DNA of 62,843 nucleotides, filler included, from Octopus bimaculoides (lineage: Eukaryota): the NCBI RefSeq assembly GCF_001194135.2. It is 8 parts of 8 records of this genome, joined end to end, with 100 filler letters (N's around TTAATTAATTAA, not from the genome) between each part and the next. Parts side by side here need not be neighbours in the genome. Positions count along the whole stretch, not along the records: positions 23,363 to 31,698 come from NC_068996.1; positions 31,799 to 52,130 come from NC_068986.1; 6 more parts are not named here. One strand, 5' to 3'. This document shows positions 26,271-38,715 of the stretch, in pieces. Position 1 is the first letter of the stretch, and the number at the start of each line of letters is the position of its first letter. The position numbers were made by a program, and so were the translations under genes. Under the pieces are notes generated by a model that saw only the letters and a program-made list of their open reading frames with translations, ran no database searches and was not told where the DNA came from.

Positions 26271-27206
26271 CATCTCAGTAGATAGACAGATAGATAAATA
26301 GGAAGATTACGTGTTTTATTTAACACCTCCATGATATAGCTTGTGTTGTTTCCCATTGAATTCTAATGTATAAGTATGCACACGTGCATACAAAACTGTC
26401 CATACGCTTATATACATTGTATTTAAATGTATAAATTTACGCACATACACACGTACGCCCATATTAAGTGTCGTTATCATGTGTAACTGCTCGCGCATTC
26501 ACACACATACATATGTATATAAGTGCTTGAGTATCACGCTCGTGTGAAATCCAATCAAGCAAAAGAAAATACCGAATACATGTTACGTTGAGTGGCATGA
26601 CTTCTTTTATTTTATTATTATTATTATAATTATTATTATTATTATTATTATTTTGTAAAGGTAATGATTCACACATTTCCATATTCTTGGACACCCACCA
26701 TTTCTTCTTCTTCTTCTTCTTCTTCTTCTTCTTCTTCTTCTTCTTCTTCTTCTTCTTCTTCTTCTTCTTCTCTCTCTGTCTCTCTATGTATACACANNNN
26801 NNNNNNNNNNNNNNNNNNNNNNNNNNNNNNNNNNNNNNNNNNNNNNNNNNNNNNNNNNNNNNNNNNNNNNNNNNNNNNNNNNNNNNNNNNNNNNNNNNNN
26901 NNNNNNNNNNNNNNNNNNNNNNNNNNNNNNNNNNNNNNNNNNNNNNNNNNNNNNNNNNNNNNNNNNNNNNNNNNNNNNNNNNNNNNNNNNNNNNNNNNNN
27001 NNNNNNNNNNNNNNNNNNNNNNNNNNNNNNNNNNNNNNNNNNNNNNNNNNNNNNNNNNNNNNNNNNNNNNNNNNNNNNNNNNNNNNNNNNNNNTGTATTA
27101 TGTAGTGACTGTTCTCTTTGCCTTTCCATACGCATAAAAAGATTTAAACTTATCTCTACTACAACACCATTGGACAGCGTCTCTTTGTAGAAATTCGTGT
27201 ATTATA

Positions 27207-28017
27207 CAGGTGGGGCCCCAAAGTCCCTGATGGGTTTTAATTTTTAATAACTTCCTTAACTTTAGAAATAAATGCATGAAAATTTGTTACAATATAAAAG
27301 ACATAACGGAAATTGATATGCACAAGTCAAATTTTGCAACACCACTACATCACATATGAAAAATGACATCACTTAAATGGCAGCCATTTTCGGCTTCGCA
27401 CGCCCATGTTCTTTCCAAGACTTCTACCATATTACCCTCAGGAGTTTTAGACCCCACTTTTCTGATTTTCCTATTGATGTTCTCTTTCAGTTGCACTCGG
27501 GTCTCCGGTTTGTTGACGTAAACTCTCTCTTTCAGGTATTCATGATTGAGACTTTTTGCGCCCGGCCATTCAAAGTAGACCTCACACATGATTCCATCAA
27601 GATGAGGCAACTGCTTACACCGCATGCGAACTATGCAGTTGCTACGGCAATGCTTTGGAGAGAGAATAGTCTCCCACTACGGCAATGTCAACTGGCCTTC
27701 ACGTTCCCCGGATTTGACTAGCCCGGATCTTTGCTTGTGGAGATACCTGAAATAAAGGGTTTATGTCAACAAACCGGAGACACTAGTGCAACCGAAGGAG
27801 AACATTAACAGCGAAATCAGGGTATGCGAAGCCGAAAATCGCTGTCATTTAAGCGATGTCATTTTTCATATGTAATGTAGTGGTGTTGCTAAATTTGTCT
27901 TGTGCATATTAATTTCCATTATATCCTTTATATTGTAACAAAATTTCATGCGTTTATTTGTAAAATTAAGGAAGTTATTTAAAATTGATATCCATCAGTT
28001 ATTTTTGGGATACACTG
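27207..28017. mobile_element. Non-autonomous DD41D (rosa-type) element with long inverted arms, TA-flanked
   Basis: TA|CAG...CTG|TA ends. Plus strand FHQDEATAYTA/ETMQLLRQCFGERIVSHYGNVNWPSRSPDLTSPD gives 41 residues between the two Asp after correcting one frameshift. The transposase C-terminus (YLK.RVYVNKPET...CEAEN.CHLSDVIFHM*) is present on both strands. Confidence 0.85.
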
Positions 28018-28157
28018 TATTTACAACTAGATGAATCATTAGAGACCAAAAGCCTTTTATAGTATAAAACAACATTTGATGTACACACAAATCAGCTGCC
28101 TTTTATTAGAAACTTATAATTTACTCTTTTTATTAATTTTTCTGGTTTGTTTTGCAG

Positions 28158-28556
28158 CACTCATTGAAAAGTATGCTTTTAAAGGCGTCAACATTTTTCT
28201 CATATTTGGTGATCCGATATCAATGGTGGGTGACGTTCTTCTACTACCAGCAAGCCTTGATATCTTGAATCCAGAAGGAATTGCGTATGATATGATTCAT
28301 ATGGGAGGAGGAACCATAAAAGCAGAACTTGAGAAAGTAGATAGTGATTCAATTGGTTATGGTGGTCTTATATCCACTACTGCGGGTTTCTTATCGTACG
28401 AAAATATATTCCACCTAATCATTGCAAGTTATCGAAATCTCGAGAATGAGGACAACCTTTTTGCATTGCAACAACTTGTAGATCTTAACGAATCTGCTTT
28501 TAAAATGGCTGAGGAACTTGAATTACGTGCGATTATTTCACCAGTTATAGGTTTAG
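28158..28556 (+). CDS. Macrodomain-like exon (degenerate ADP-ribose-binding fold)
   Basis: IFLIFGDPISMVGDVLLLPAS...GIAYDMIHMGGGTIKAE...TTAGFLSYENIFHLII...AFKMAEELELRAIISPVIG aligns by eye to the macro pattern GDI...DAIVNAAN...GGVA.AI...T.AG.L...VIHAV...A....SIAFPAI. Acceptor ttttgcAG, donor TAG|GTAAGT; 399 nt, phase 1/1. Confidence 0.8.
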
Positions 28557-28856
28557 GTAAGTTTCTTAAAGCGTCGTTAATACCCTCTGGGCAAGTAGCT
28601 GGTGCGCAACCGATCAGCCTATCTAGATCTAAATGCGTCGACCACATAAGAACTGTGGACAATAAAACAAGTAAGACACTTATTTTTTATTTCTTCTTTC
28701 TCTCAGTGAAGTTACGAAAAAGCTTCTTGATAGAATAAAATAGAATGGAATCGGCACGGCTTATTTCTTTTTCGAGAGGTAATTGTTTCGAATCCTTGTG
28801 TAGTCTGATGAAAGATGCAGCATGGAGGAAGATGTATTTTAAGAGATTGATATATA

Positions 28857-29571
28857 TAGGGTGGCCCGAAAGTAGGTTTACAGTTATTCAACTATCTCTT
28901 TCGCATTCATATATTAACAGTTCAGATCTTAATTATAAAAAAGGATGCTAATTGTTAATTGTAAGATAGAAATTTAAATGTAATAAAATGTTTTAAAAGA
29001 AATTTAAAGTGCCTACTTTATTTCAATAAATTTCGCCATTAACGGCGTTACATAGAGGGGACAGACAAAGACAGACAAACATGAAGTAGCTACGAGCTGG
29101 ACATGGACATTAATGAGATGAGGGTGATAAGGATGAAACAAATAATGAGAGAGGCACCAGCGCCCGCCGACTGATAACCCCTCGAAAACATTGTTCTTTT
29201 TTTCCTTTTAAAATTACAATTTTTCCACAATTTCAATATATTAACAATTTCAATATATTAACAATTAAAAATATCACAATTTTCCTCATTCCACCCCTCC
29301 GCAAGCAGATATGCTGCCCCTGCCAAACAAGTGTCTATTGTTAGGCTTGAATTTGCGGCGAGGTAGAAGAAATCTTTATGGTTATATTTTTCTATGACTT
29401 TTGCCAATATGTTGTCATTTAGAACCTCCGCAGTCACCTGCGGAGGCCATGTGGAACTACTCACACAATTCGAGTAGCTCCTATCTTGGCCGCACTCGCG
29501 GTCCAAGAATTCATTCACCGCCCTTTAAAGTGCCTACTTGATAACTGTAAACCTACTTTTGAGCCACCCTG
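28857..29571. mobile_element. Tc1/mariner-type MITE or deletion derivative in the intron of the macrodomain-like gene
   Basis: TIRs (T/C)AGGGTGGC(C/T)C(G/A)AAAGTAGGTTTACAGTTAT at both ends, TA flanks; internal minus-strand remnant EFLDRECG...TWPP. Confidence 0.75.
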
Positions 29572-29599
29572 TATGCTGGTTCTACAACTCATTTCTTAT

Positions 29600-30850
29600 G
29601 ACCGTCGAATAAAGTCGAGCGCCTTTTGGCCTTCCAAAAATTAAATACAGAATAGAATATATCTTGTCGATTTTTATGTTTGCGAGGTGACTGATAAAAA
29701 ACAAAAATTGCCACGGAATCCAGCTTGCTCATGATGTTGATTTTCAGTGGTTAGCAATTCACTTTGTTATCATCTTTGTGAATATCTTGCATTTGAGACT
29801 CGGTAGTATATTAGATCCTTTCTATCCTTCTTTTACTGTCATAAAATTAATATTTCGTTATACTAACTTTATTTGCTATTGACTTGATTTGCTTGACGCA
29901 AGCGATCAAGAGCTTCACAAATTATTTTAATATAAACTCTTCTGCTTCTTTTAAGACAGTGGATATGTTATTTCTTTGACCATTTTAATATCTTTTATTT
30001 GTTTAATTGCATGCTCCACTTCAAATAATTTAATTTGTAGTTTCAGTGATGTCTGCTATAAGCTCGTTACTTCTGCCACTAAAAATATATATAGCTTTCA
30101 GTAGAATTCTATTGTTGTTTGTCCGTACCTATTTCTCCATTAAAAGGTGATGGTACCATCTTCTTTTAACGTTTTCATTTCAGTTTTGTTTTCATATATA
30201 TTTTTCACCAGACTAAACACCGTTGATGGTTACCATTTGGTGTTTTCTACTTGACATAGTTTTACATTCTAACTCGTCTATAGCTGAATTTATGATCTTT
30301 TTCCCTTTTCTTCATGAAATGCAGGATTTTATGAGTTAATATCGTCTTCACTGTGAACTTTCCTGCACTGATCAGTTGTTTTAATGAAAACTGTTACTAG
30401 ATTGTTATTTTAATTTTTCTGTATCATCTTTGTGATTGCGTTTATTGTTGTCTTGCTCTTAGTTTAGAAAAGGTCTATATAGATCTTAAAGAACCTGATT
30501 AGTTTAGGAAAAATGTTGTTTCTTTCGTTCCTTTTGCAAGTCGATTTTGAGCTTGCGTCTAACAATTCTGCAATCTTTGTTTTTGACCTTATTAATTATT
30601 CCTTAGTTCCGAAAGATGTCTTGTGCTTCGTTCAAGCTTTCTCAGTTTGGATTTCTAGAGGTCCGTTTCTTAAGTTTTTCTTTGTTCTTGTTTTTCGTTG
30701 TTTTTTTTTTATGTTTCGTGTCTTTGAAGATATTTGCTATCCACAAGTTGCTCCTATGCCAAAAGATGATGCTTACATTTGTAGCAATGGAAAATCCCGT
30801 GTTTCACTTCCTGCTTATAGATGTTTCACTTCACTTCAGCTTTTAACGTC
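29600..30850 (-). mobile_element. Degenerate RTE-like LINE fragment (pre-RT/RT domains 0-2)
   Basis: Minus strand remnants EVEHAIKQIK, SNILPSLKCKIFTKMITK.IANH, HEQAGFRGNF, FNFWKA; many stops. Confidence 0.55.
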
Positions 30851-30962
30851 ACTAACGAAAACTTAGCCGTCACGAATATCTATTTACTCCTCCCTTTAAG
30901 TCTACAATACTGATTACGATGCATATTTATGAACTTTTTTATATACGTATATATATATATAG

Positions 30963-31484
30963 AAAATGGATACTTACCTGGAATGTGTGCTGAAGCCGTA
31001 CTGCAAGGTTTAATCGAGTTTTCCTATGAATTTCCTAACAATCATTCCTTTGAGAAAATCTTTATCTGCTCAACCGATCTCTATATCTTGCATATATATA
31101 TTGAGACAATGAATAAATTGTTGTTTCCAAACCCAACGCAATCATCTTATAAACCGCAATTCAGAACCAAAAAGAGAAGAAGAATAACACAATCAACAGA
31201 GGCTGCAGTAATTATTGTCCCATTACGAGACTTTGTTGAAATCAAAAAATCCCTCGAAACTGCCGACACCGATGAATTCTACGTCTTGTATCAATCTGAT
31301 TTCACTGTTTACCTCACTGATATTAAGAAGGAGAATGGACGACAAGTGAAAGATGCTATATATATGCCTCCACCTCTAGTCTTGGATGAGGGAGGCTATT
31401 ATCATTTTGAAACCATTCTTCTCAGACAGTTGAGAAAGCTCTTCCTGAATGCATACCGACAAATTTCGATTATTGTTGATCTCA
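30963..31484 (+). CDS. Next exon of the macrodomain-like gene (macro C-terminal helix/strand, RTKKRRR, then ~100 aa unassigned domain)
   Basis: AG at 30961-62. The splice from 28556 gives G+AA = Glu in frame (IGL-E-NGYLPGMCAEAVLQGLIEF...FEKIFIC), completing the macro G..GYP...A..I..AI..F...V.F segment. Donor CTCA|GTGAGT; 522 nt, phase 1/1, no stops. Confidence 0.8.
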
Positions 31485-31647
31485 GTGAGTATTAATATTT
31501 CGTTAATCCACACGCATTCGTCTTAAATAAAAAAAAATATGACTAGTTCTGCACTGTCACGTATATACGCACATGCATACACATACATTCCCATCTATCT
31601 ATCTATCTATCTGTTTGTCTATCTATCTATCTATCTGTCTATCTATT

Positions 31648-31698
<51 letters not shown>

Positions 31699-32682
31699 NN
31701 NNNNNNNNNNNNNNNNNNNNNNNNNNNNNNNNNNNNNNNNNNTTAATTAATTAANNNNNNNNNNNNNNNNNNNNNNNNNNNNNNNNNNNNNNNNNNNNAT
31801 ATATATATACAAACATATATATATATATATAGGCATGTACGTGTGTATGTATATATGTATGTATATGGAAGTATACACATAATTACGTGTCTCCGTGTAT
31901 ATGAGTATTTACAAGCGTGTGAGTCTTGTGGGTACATGTAAGTTTGCATGAGTGTTTATGAAAGCGTGTATAACTATTTATGTATGTATGGGTGAATTTG
32001 AGTCTATGTATACACTTCCGTATATGCTGTGTGATGTCTGTGTGTACATAGATAAAAGCACTCATGTAAGTTGTGGCTTGGCACTGAGCCCCATGATTAT
32101 ATCTAACACGTAACAATATATATATATACATATCGGTATAACGATATAGAAACTACATATAGATAGCAATAAGCATACCTGCAAGTATATATATATATAT
32201 ATATATATNNNNNNNNNNNNNNNNNNNNNNNNNNNNNNNNNNNNNNNNNNNNNNNNNNNNNNNNNNNNNNNNNNNNNNNNNNNNNNNNNNNNNNNNNNNN
32301 NNNNNNNNNNNNNNNNNNNNNNNNNNNNNNNNNNNNNNNNNNNNNNNNNNNNNNNNNNNNNNNNNNNNNNNNNNNNNNNNNNNNNNNNNNNNNNNNNNNN
32401 NNNNNNNNNNNNNNNNNNNNNNNNNNNNNNNNNNNNNNNNNNNNNNNNNNNNNNNNNNNNNNNNNNNNNNNNNNNNNNNNNNNNNNNNNNNNNNNNNNNN
32501 NNNNNNNNNNNNNNNNNNNNNNNNNNNNNNNNNNNNNNNNNNNNNNNNNNNNNNNNNNNNNNNNNNNNNNNNNNNNNNNNNNNNNNNNNNNNNNNNNNNN
32601 NNNNNNNNNNNNNNNNNNNNNNNNNNNNNNNNNNNNNNNNNNNNNNNNNNNNNNNNNNNNNNNNNNNNNNNNNNNNNNNNNN

Positions 32683-32717
<35 letters not shown>

Positions 32718-33496
32718 ATATATGTGTGTATATATGTATTCACACCTATGTATATACATATATACATAGACAAACACAAACACAGAAACATATATATAAG
32801 TGAGTTTGTGTATGTTTGTGTGTGTGTGTTGGGGTGAATGCAAAAATGTATGTGTGTATGTATGTATCTTTGTATATAAGTATATAATGCCAACTTACAA
32901 AGTTCAGGCATAAAAATAAGATCTAAAAACAGGGGGAGACATCGATGTAAAGTATGTATACATGAAAGTTTGGTTGAATAACAATGATATAGATGGATAT
33001 TTGAATTGCAACCCTTCGTGCTAGTGAATTATTTGAAGTGTTAATGCTTTGTTTTTGTTTTTTTCCTTTTTTTTTTTTAACTAACGTTGCTTGAATTGAT
33101 AGTGAAGCCATGATCTGTTCATGATAAAGACGATGACGATGATGATGATGAAGATGATGACGATGATTATGATGATGATCATGATCATCATCATGATCAT
33201 GATTAGGAGGTGGAGGAGGAGGATGGTCGTTTGCATAAAAACCTCTGATACTAGTATTTGAATTACCAGACATAGCAATAATATCTGTGATATTAATAAT
33301 AATAATGATGATATTGGTAATAATAATAACAACAACAACAACAATAAAAACGATATTAATGAGGATGATGACGACGATGGTGATGATGATGATGATCATG
33401 CATGATAGTGATAAGGGGTTGAGGAAAATCTCCATGAAAAATATAGTATCCATAAATATATGTTGGCTCACAGCTAGACATAGACTGTAAACTACA

Positions 33497-33562
<66 letters not shown>

Positions 33563-34851
33563 AATGTGCACCTGTGTGTATATATGTTTATATCTGTATG
33601 TACGTATTGTTGTCTGTATCAAGTGATATCTCCGATGGTGAATGTGCGAATATATTCGTATACATATTTATATCTACCAATCATAAATATATAAATATAT
33701 ATACACACACATATATGCGTATAGGCATAGTCATATAGAAATATATGTATGTATAATTACATACACATGTATGTGTATATATTTGTATATGTATATATGT
33801 ACATGTGCATACATATAGACGTATATATATATGTGTATATATACATACGTGCATACATACATATACATTCATCATTATACATATATATACATATATAGAT
33901 ATATATATATATATATATANNNNNNNNNNNNNNNNNNNNNNNNNNNNNNNNNNNNNNNNNNNNNNNNNNNNNNNNNNNNNNNNNNNNNNNNNNNNNNNNN
34001 NNNNNNNNNNNNNNNNNNNNNNNNNNNNNNNNNNNNNNNNNNNNNNNNNNNNNNNNNNNNNNNNNNNNNNNNNNNNNNNNNNNNNNNNNNNNNNNNNNNN
34101 NNNNNNNNNNNNNNNNNNNNNNNNNNNNNNNNNNNNNNNNNNNNNNNNNNNNNNNNNNNNNNNNNNNNNNNNNNNNNNNNNNNNNNNNNNNNNNNNNNNN
34201 NNNNNNNNNNNNNNNNNNNNNNNNNNNNNNNNNNNNNNNNNNNNNNNNNNNNNNNNNNNNNNNNNNNNNNNNNNNNNNNNNNNNNNNNNNNNNNNNNNNN
34301 NNNNNNNNNNNNNNNNNNNNNNNNNNNNNNNNNNNNNNNNNNNNNNNNNNNNNNNNNNNNNNNNNNNNNNNNNNNNNNNNNNNNNNNNNNNNNNNNNNNN
34401 NNNNNNNNNNNNNNNNNNNNNNNNNNNNNNNNNNNNNNNNNNNNNNNNNNNNNNNNNNNNNNNNNNNNNNNNNNNNNNNNNNNNNNNNNNNNNNNNNNNN
34501 NNNNNNNNNNNNNNNNNNNNNNNNNNNNNNNNNNNNNNNNNNNNNNNNNNNNNNNNNNNNNNNNNNNNNNNNNNNNNNNNNNNNNNNNNNNNNNNNNNNN
34601 NNNNNNNNNNNNNNNNNNNNNNNNNNNNNNNNNNNNNNNNNNNNNNNNNNNNNNNNNNNNNNNNNNNNNNNNNNNNNNNNNNNNNNNNNNNNNNNNNNNN
34701 NNNNNNNNNNNNNNNNNNNNNNNNNNNNNNNNNNNNNNNNNNNNNNNNNNNNNNNNNNNNNNNNNNNNNNNNNNNNNNNNNNNNNNNNNNNNNNNNNNNN
34801 NNNNNNNNNNNNNNNNNNNNNNNNNNNNNNNNNNNNNNNNGTATATATATG

Positions 34852-34885
<34 letters not shown>

Positions 34886-34898
34886 TACGTATATATAT

Positions 34899-35064
34899 AC
34901 GACGGGCTTCTTTCAGTTTCCGTCTACCAGATCCACTCACAAGGCGTTGGTCGGCCCGAGGCTATAGTAGAACAGACTTGTCCAAGGTGCTACGCAGTGG
35001 GACAGAACTCGGAAACATGTTGTTGGTAGGCAAGCTACTTACCATATAGCCACTCCTGCGCCTA
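34899..35064 (-). mobile_element. SINE family C, 5' half
   Basis: Reverse complement of 47480-47645; another partial copy at 36190-36300. Confidence 0.8.
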
Positions 35065-35108
35065 CGCACAGCCATTCCTGTGCATTTATATATGTGTGTG
35101 TGTAAATA

Positions 35109-35544
35109 TTTCGGTACGAATGATTTTGTCAAACGGTGCCAAGTTTTACAATCTTGTAAATAAGAATAATGCTATTTCTAAAAGCTGAAAGCTTATAGCG
35201 ATCACCGTACAATGACCAAGGAAAATAGTCTAATAACGGAACATAGAAGCTCTCGACAGAAAAAAATCGGCTCTCCCATCCGCGTGGGACTCCAAACCAC
35301 ATCCCTTTGTTAACGCGACTAAGTGTGTTACCATTATACCAGCGTATTAGCCACCCTGTTTCCATCAAATTGAAGAACTATATTAGTTCTTAGTTGTTTT
35401 TTGTAAATAAACCTCTATGTTCTTTCGGTGCGAATGGCTTTGTCATACGGTGCTGAGTTTTACTTTTTTTCTGTCGAGGCCTCCTTATATGACCCATTAT
35501 CAGACTATTTTCTTTAGTCACTGCATGGTGATCGCTATAAGCTT
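35109..35544. repeat. Composite repeat: 40-bp direct repeats plus ~80-bp inverted arms around a tRNA-like segment
   Basis: Direct repeats at 35109-35148 and 35423-35462; inverted arms at 35189-35266 and 35464-35544. Confidence 0.7.
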
Positions 35545-35755
35545 TAAGCTTATATAAGTACCATTATACATATGTATATATGAATTAGTGTATTGGATCA
35601 TCGACCCATGCTTTGGATATGAATGTATGTCAGTGAGTATTCCATAGGACCATTTAAGTTTAGCGTTATTCTAAAGCTAGATCACAATAACATTTTATCA
35701 TATCTATCTTACGATCATCTAAACAGGAACCGCATCTCGAGTTCATGCTCAAGTT

Positions 35756-35806
<51 letters not shown>

Positions 35807-37279
35807 CAGATATATATATNNNNNNNNNNNNNNNNNNNNNNNNNNNNNNNNNNNNNNNNNNNNNNNNNNNNNNNNNNNNNNNNNNNNNNNNNNNNNNNNN
35901 NNNNNNNNNNNNNNNNNNNNNNNNNNNNNNNNNNNNNNNNNNNNNNNNNNNNNNNNNNNNNNNNNNNNNNNNNNNNNNNNNNNNNNNNNNNNNNNNNNNN
36001 NNNNNNNNNNNNNNNNNNNNNNNNNNNNNNNNNNNNNNNNNNNNNNNNNNNNNNNNNNNNNNNNNNNNNNNNNNNNNNNNNNNNNNNNNNNNNNNNNNNN
36101 NNNNNNNNNNNNNNNNNNNNNNNNNNNNNNNNNNNNNNNNNNNNNNNNNNNNNNNNNNNNNNNNNNNNNNNNNNNNTATATATATATATATATATATATC
36201 GCATCCACTCAGAAAGCTGCGATCGGCCAGAGGCTGTAGTAATAGAAAACATTTGTCCGAGGTGCCGCGCAGTGGGACTGAACCCGAAACCAAGTAGCTA
36301 GCAATGAAACTTATGTTATGTAAATATATTCATGATAAACTGTAAGCTGCTCTACTGTAACTAAACACAACACTGATTAGTATATTCACGTTTAAATCAG
36401 CTGGATTCGAACACGCATGTCATCGTTATATTTCAATAAACCACCTTCTACAGCTAATAATATCTACCTTCGCATAAAGAAAAAAAAATTATATATTTAT
36501 TGTGATTATTGAAGAAAATATTTCCTTCATAAAATGTTATGAATGCCTTTGTGTTGAACCTATGAGTACACAAACAAGTGAAAACTAATGATTAATGAAT
36601 AGAAAGATGTATTGTTAATGTTCTGTGTCTGTAGGTGATGCTAACTTGGAATTTGTGTTAAAGTGGTTTTTATCTCTTGGGTGTGGTTTATGATTGGAGA
36701 AATTCAATAAATTAATAATTGCATGTATTCTGCTATTGATGCCTTCAGCTTGAATGTTATTGTTATTAAGTGGAGACAGGGAGAGATTATTTGTATATTG
36801 TTTGTGTTCGGAGGAAGGTCTTGTTGTTTTGTTGTGTGTTCTTTTTAATTTTTTTTTGTTGCTGTTTTTGTTAATGGGACTCGGGTCATGTCACAGGGAG
36901 GTCAACTATGTCAGATATGACCCGAGTCACTCGGACCACTGCTTTACATTGTATAAGATTGTGATGTGTTGGTGTTAATTTCGTCTAGGCTGTTTTCATT
37001 TACACATACGCATGCACATAGAAATGGTTAGCGTTATATACAAAGCCAGATTCATCTACGCATATACCGAAGTCCATGTATTCATGCACACATACATACA
37101 CATATCTATACATATTTACATTCTAGTATTCATAGGACACTCATCCACATCGTAGACACACATATATTGATAGACAGATAGAGAGAGAGATATATATATA
37201 CAGACAGTCAGACAAAAAGTCATACATAGAATGATAGAAAGATAGTCAGACAGACAGAAAGAGAGAGAGAGAGACAGGC

Positions 37280-37490
37280 AGACACAAGGGGCTAAACATA
37301 GAGGGGACAAACAAAGAGATAAAGTCGATTACATGAACTCCAGTGCGTAACTGGTACTTAATTTATCGACCCCGAAAGGATGAAAAGCAAAGTCGACCTC
37401 GTTGGAATTTGAACTCACAACGCAGCGCCAGGCGAAATACCGCTAAGCATTTCGCCCGGCGTGCTAACGTTTCTGCTAGCTCACTGCCTT
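37280..37490 (-). mobile_element. SINE family B
   Basis: Reverse complement of the family B body (GATGAAAAGCAAAGTCGACCTC...GAATTTGAACTC...AAATACCGCTAAGCATTTCG). Confidence 0.8.
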
Positions 37491-37834
37491 TTTTGCTACC
37501 GCTGATATTGATAAAGTCAAAGTTGTTGTTTAGCATCTACACACTTCGGACGAGCAGAGATATGTGCTAAACGTTCCAACTTACGTATCTCCTATTTTGC
37601 TCGCCAATGTGTCATGCAAGATTTTAAGATAGGAGAGTGTGATTGATGCAGAGAAACAAGATGCGGTAACATTTCATGTTAGAAAATTGAAGTTATTATT
37701 TGTTGAGCGACCAGATGTTACAAGCTTCCGAAAAGCATCATTTATATCGTTCAGGGAATTGACGGGTTAACACAGATGGTTTGCTAACTCTGCTGACGTA
37801 AAGATGTTGCTGCCTAAAATAAATATCTTTGATC

Positions 37835-38225
37835 TTTTTATCCTTTACTTATTTTAGTCATTAGATGACGGCCATGGTGGGGCATGTCCTTGAAAGATTT
37901 TTAATCGAATGAATCGACCACAGTAGATTTTTTCTTAATACCTGGTACATATTCGATCGATTTTTTTTGCCAAACCGCTATGTTACAAGGACGTAAACAA
38001 CCCAGCACCGGTTGTCATGCGGTAGTGGGGAACAATCATAAACACACACAGTTAGATATATATATATATATATGCATACAGGACAGGCTTAATAAGTTTC
38101 CACCCACAACCTCTTTGGTCAACCTGAGGCTGTAGTATAAGATATTTATCCAAGCTGCCATGCTGTAGGACTGAACTTGGAACCATATGGTTGGGAAGCA
38201 AAATTCTTACCACACAACCACACTT
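37835..38225 (-). mobile_element. SINE family C, diverged full-length copy
   Basis: Tail (TTTACTTATTTTAGTCATT...GGCCATG), middle (CCGCTATGTTAC..GGACGTAAAC) and head (GGACTGAACTTGGAACCATATGGTTGG) in reverse order. Confidence 0.65.
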
Positions 38226-38687
38226 ACACCAATATAAAGAGATTATAACATCAAGCAAACGTTTTCCTTAAAACTTTTGTTGTTGTTGTTGTTTTTTTAC
38301 ATCGAGGAAAAATGTGTTTTGTTGATATACGGGCAGCATACACACACACACACACATACGAACATGTATGCGTACAAAAAATATGTATGNNNNNNNNNNA
38401 CTTAGTTGTGATCTGAACATAACCGCTTCTGACACAGAGAATCGGGAACTCTTTTGGGAATTCTATCTTCCTTACTGGAAGGGTTCCCAACCCATGGATA
38501 AAGAGGCGTTAGGTGATGGGGGTGGTGTTTTCAAAGGGCTGGCATGTGTAACCTGATCACCTCTGCCAATCAAACCCCCAACCCATGCACTCCCGTCACG
38601 ACACTGATTCTGCCCAAATTTGACGTCGATGTTACTTAGTTTGGTTTGAAATAAAGGACTTGATTAGCTTAATAATCCTAACTTAAT

Positions 38688-38715
38688 CCCGGACAAGGCC
38701 GGGCTATACTGCTAG
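38688..38715 (+). mobile_element. Helitron-like 3' terminus
   Basis: GC hairpin CCCGG-acaagg-CCGGG followed 8 nt later by CTAG|T. The 5' TC end was not located. Confidence 0.55.

Noticed and set aside
28076-28157. Hydrophobic N-terminus of ORF 28076-28738 as a signal peptide
   Set aside because: It is the T-rich polypyrimidine tract before the AG at 28156-57; the ORF tail after 28556 is likewise intron read-through.
30929-30962. ATG at 30929 as the start of an independent gene
   Set aside because: It lies in intronic (TA)n sequence; the AG at 30961-62 splices in frame to the upstream macro exon.
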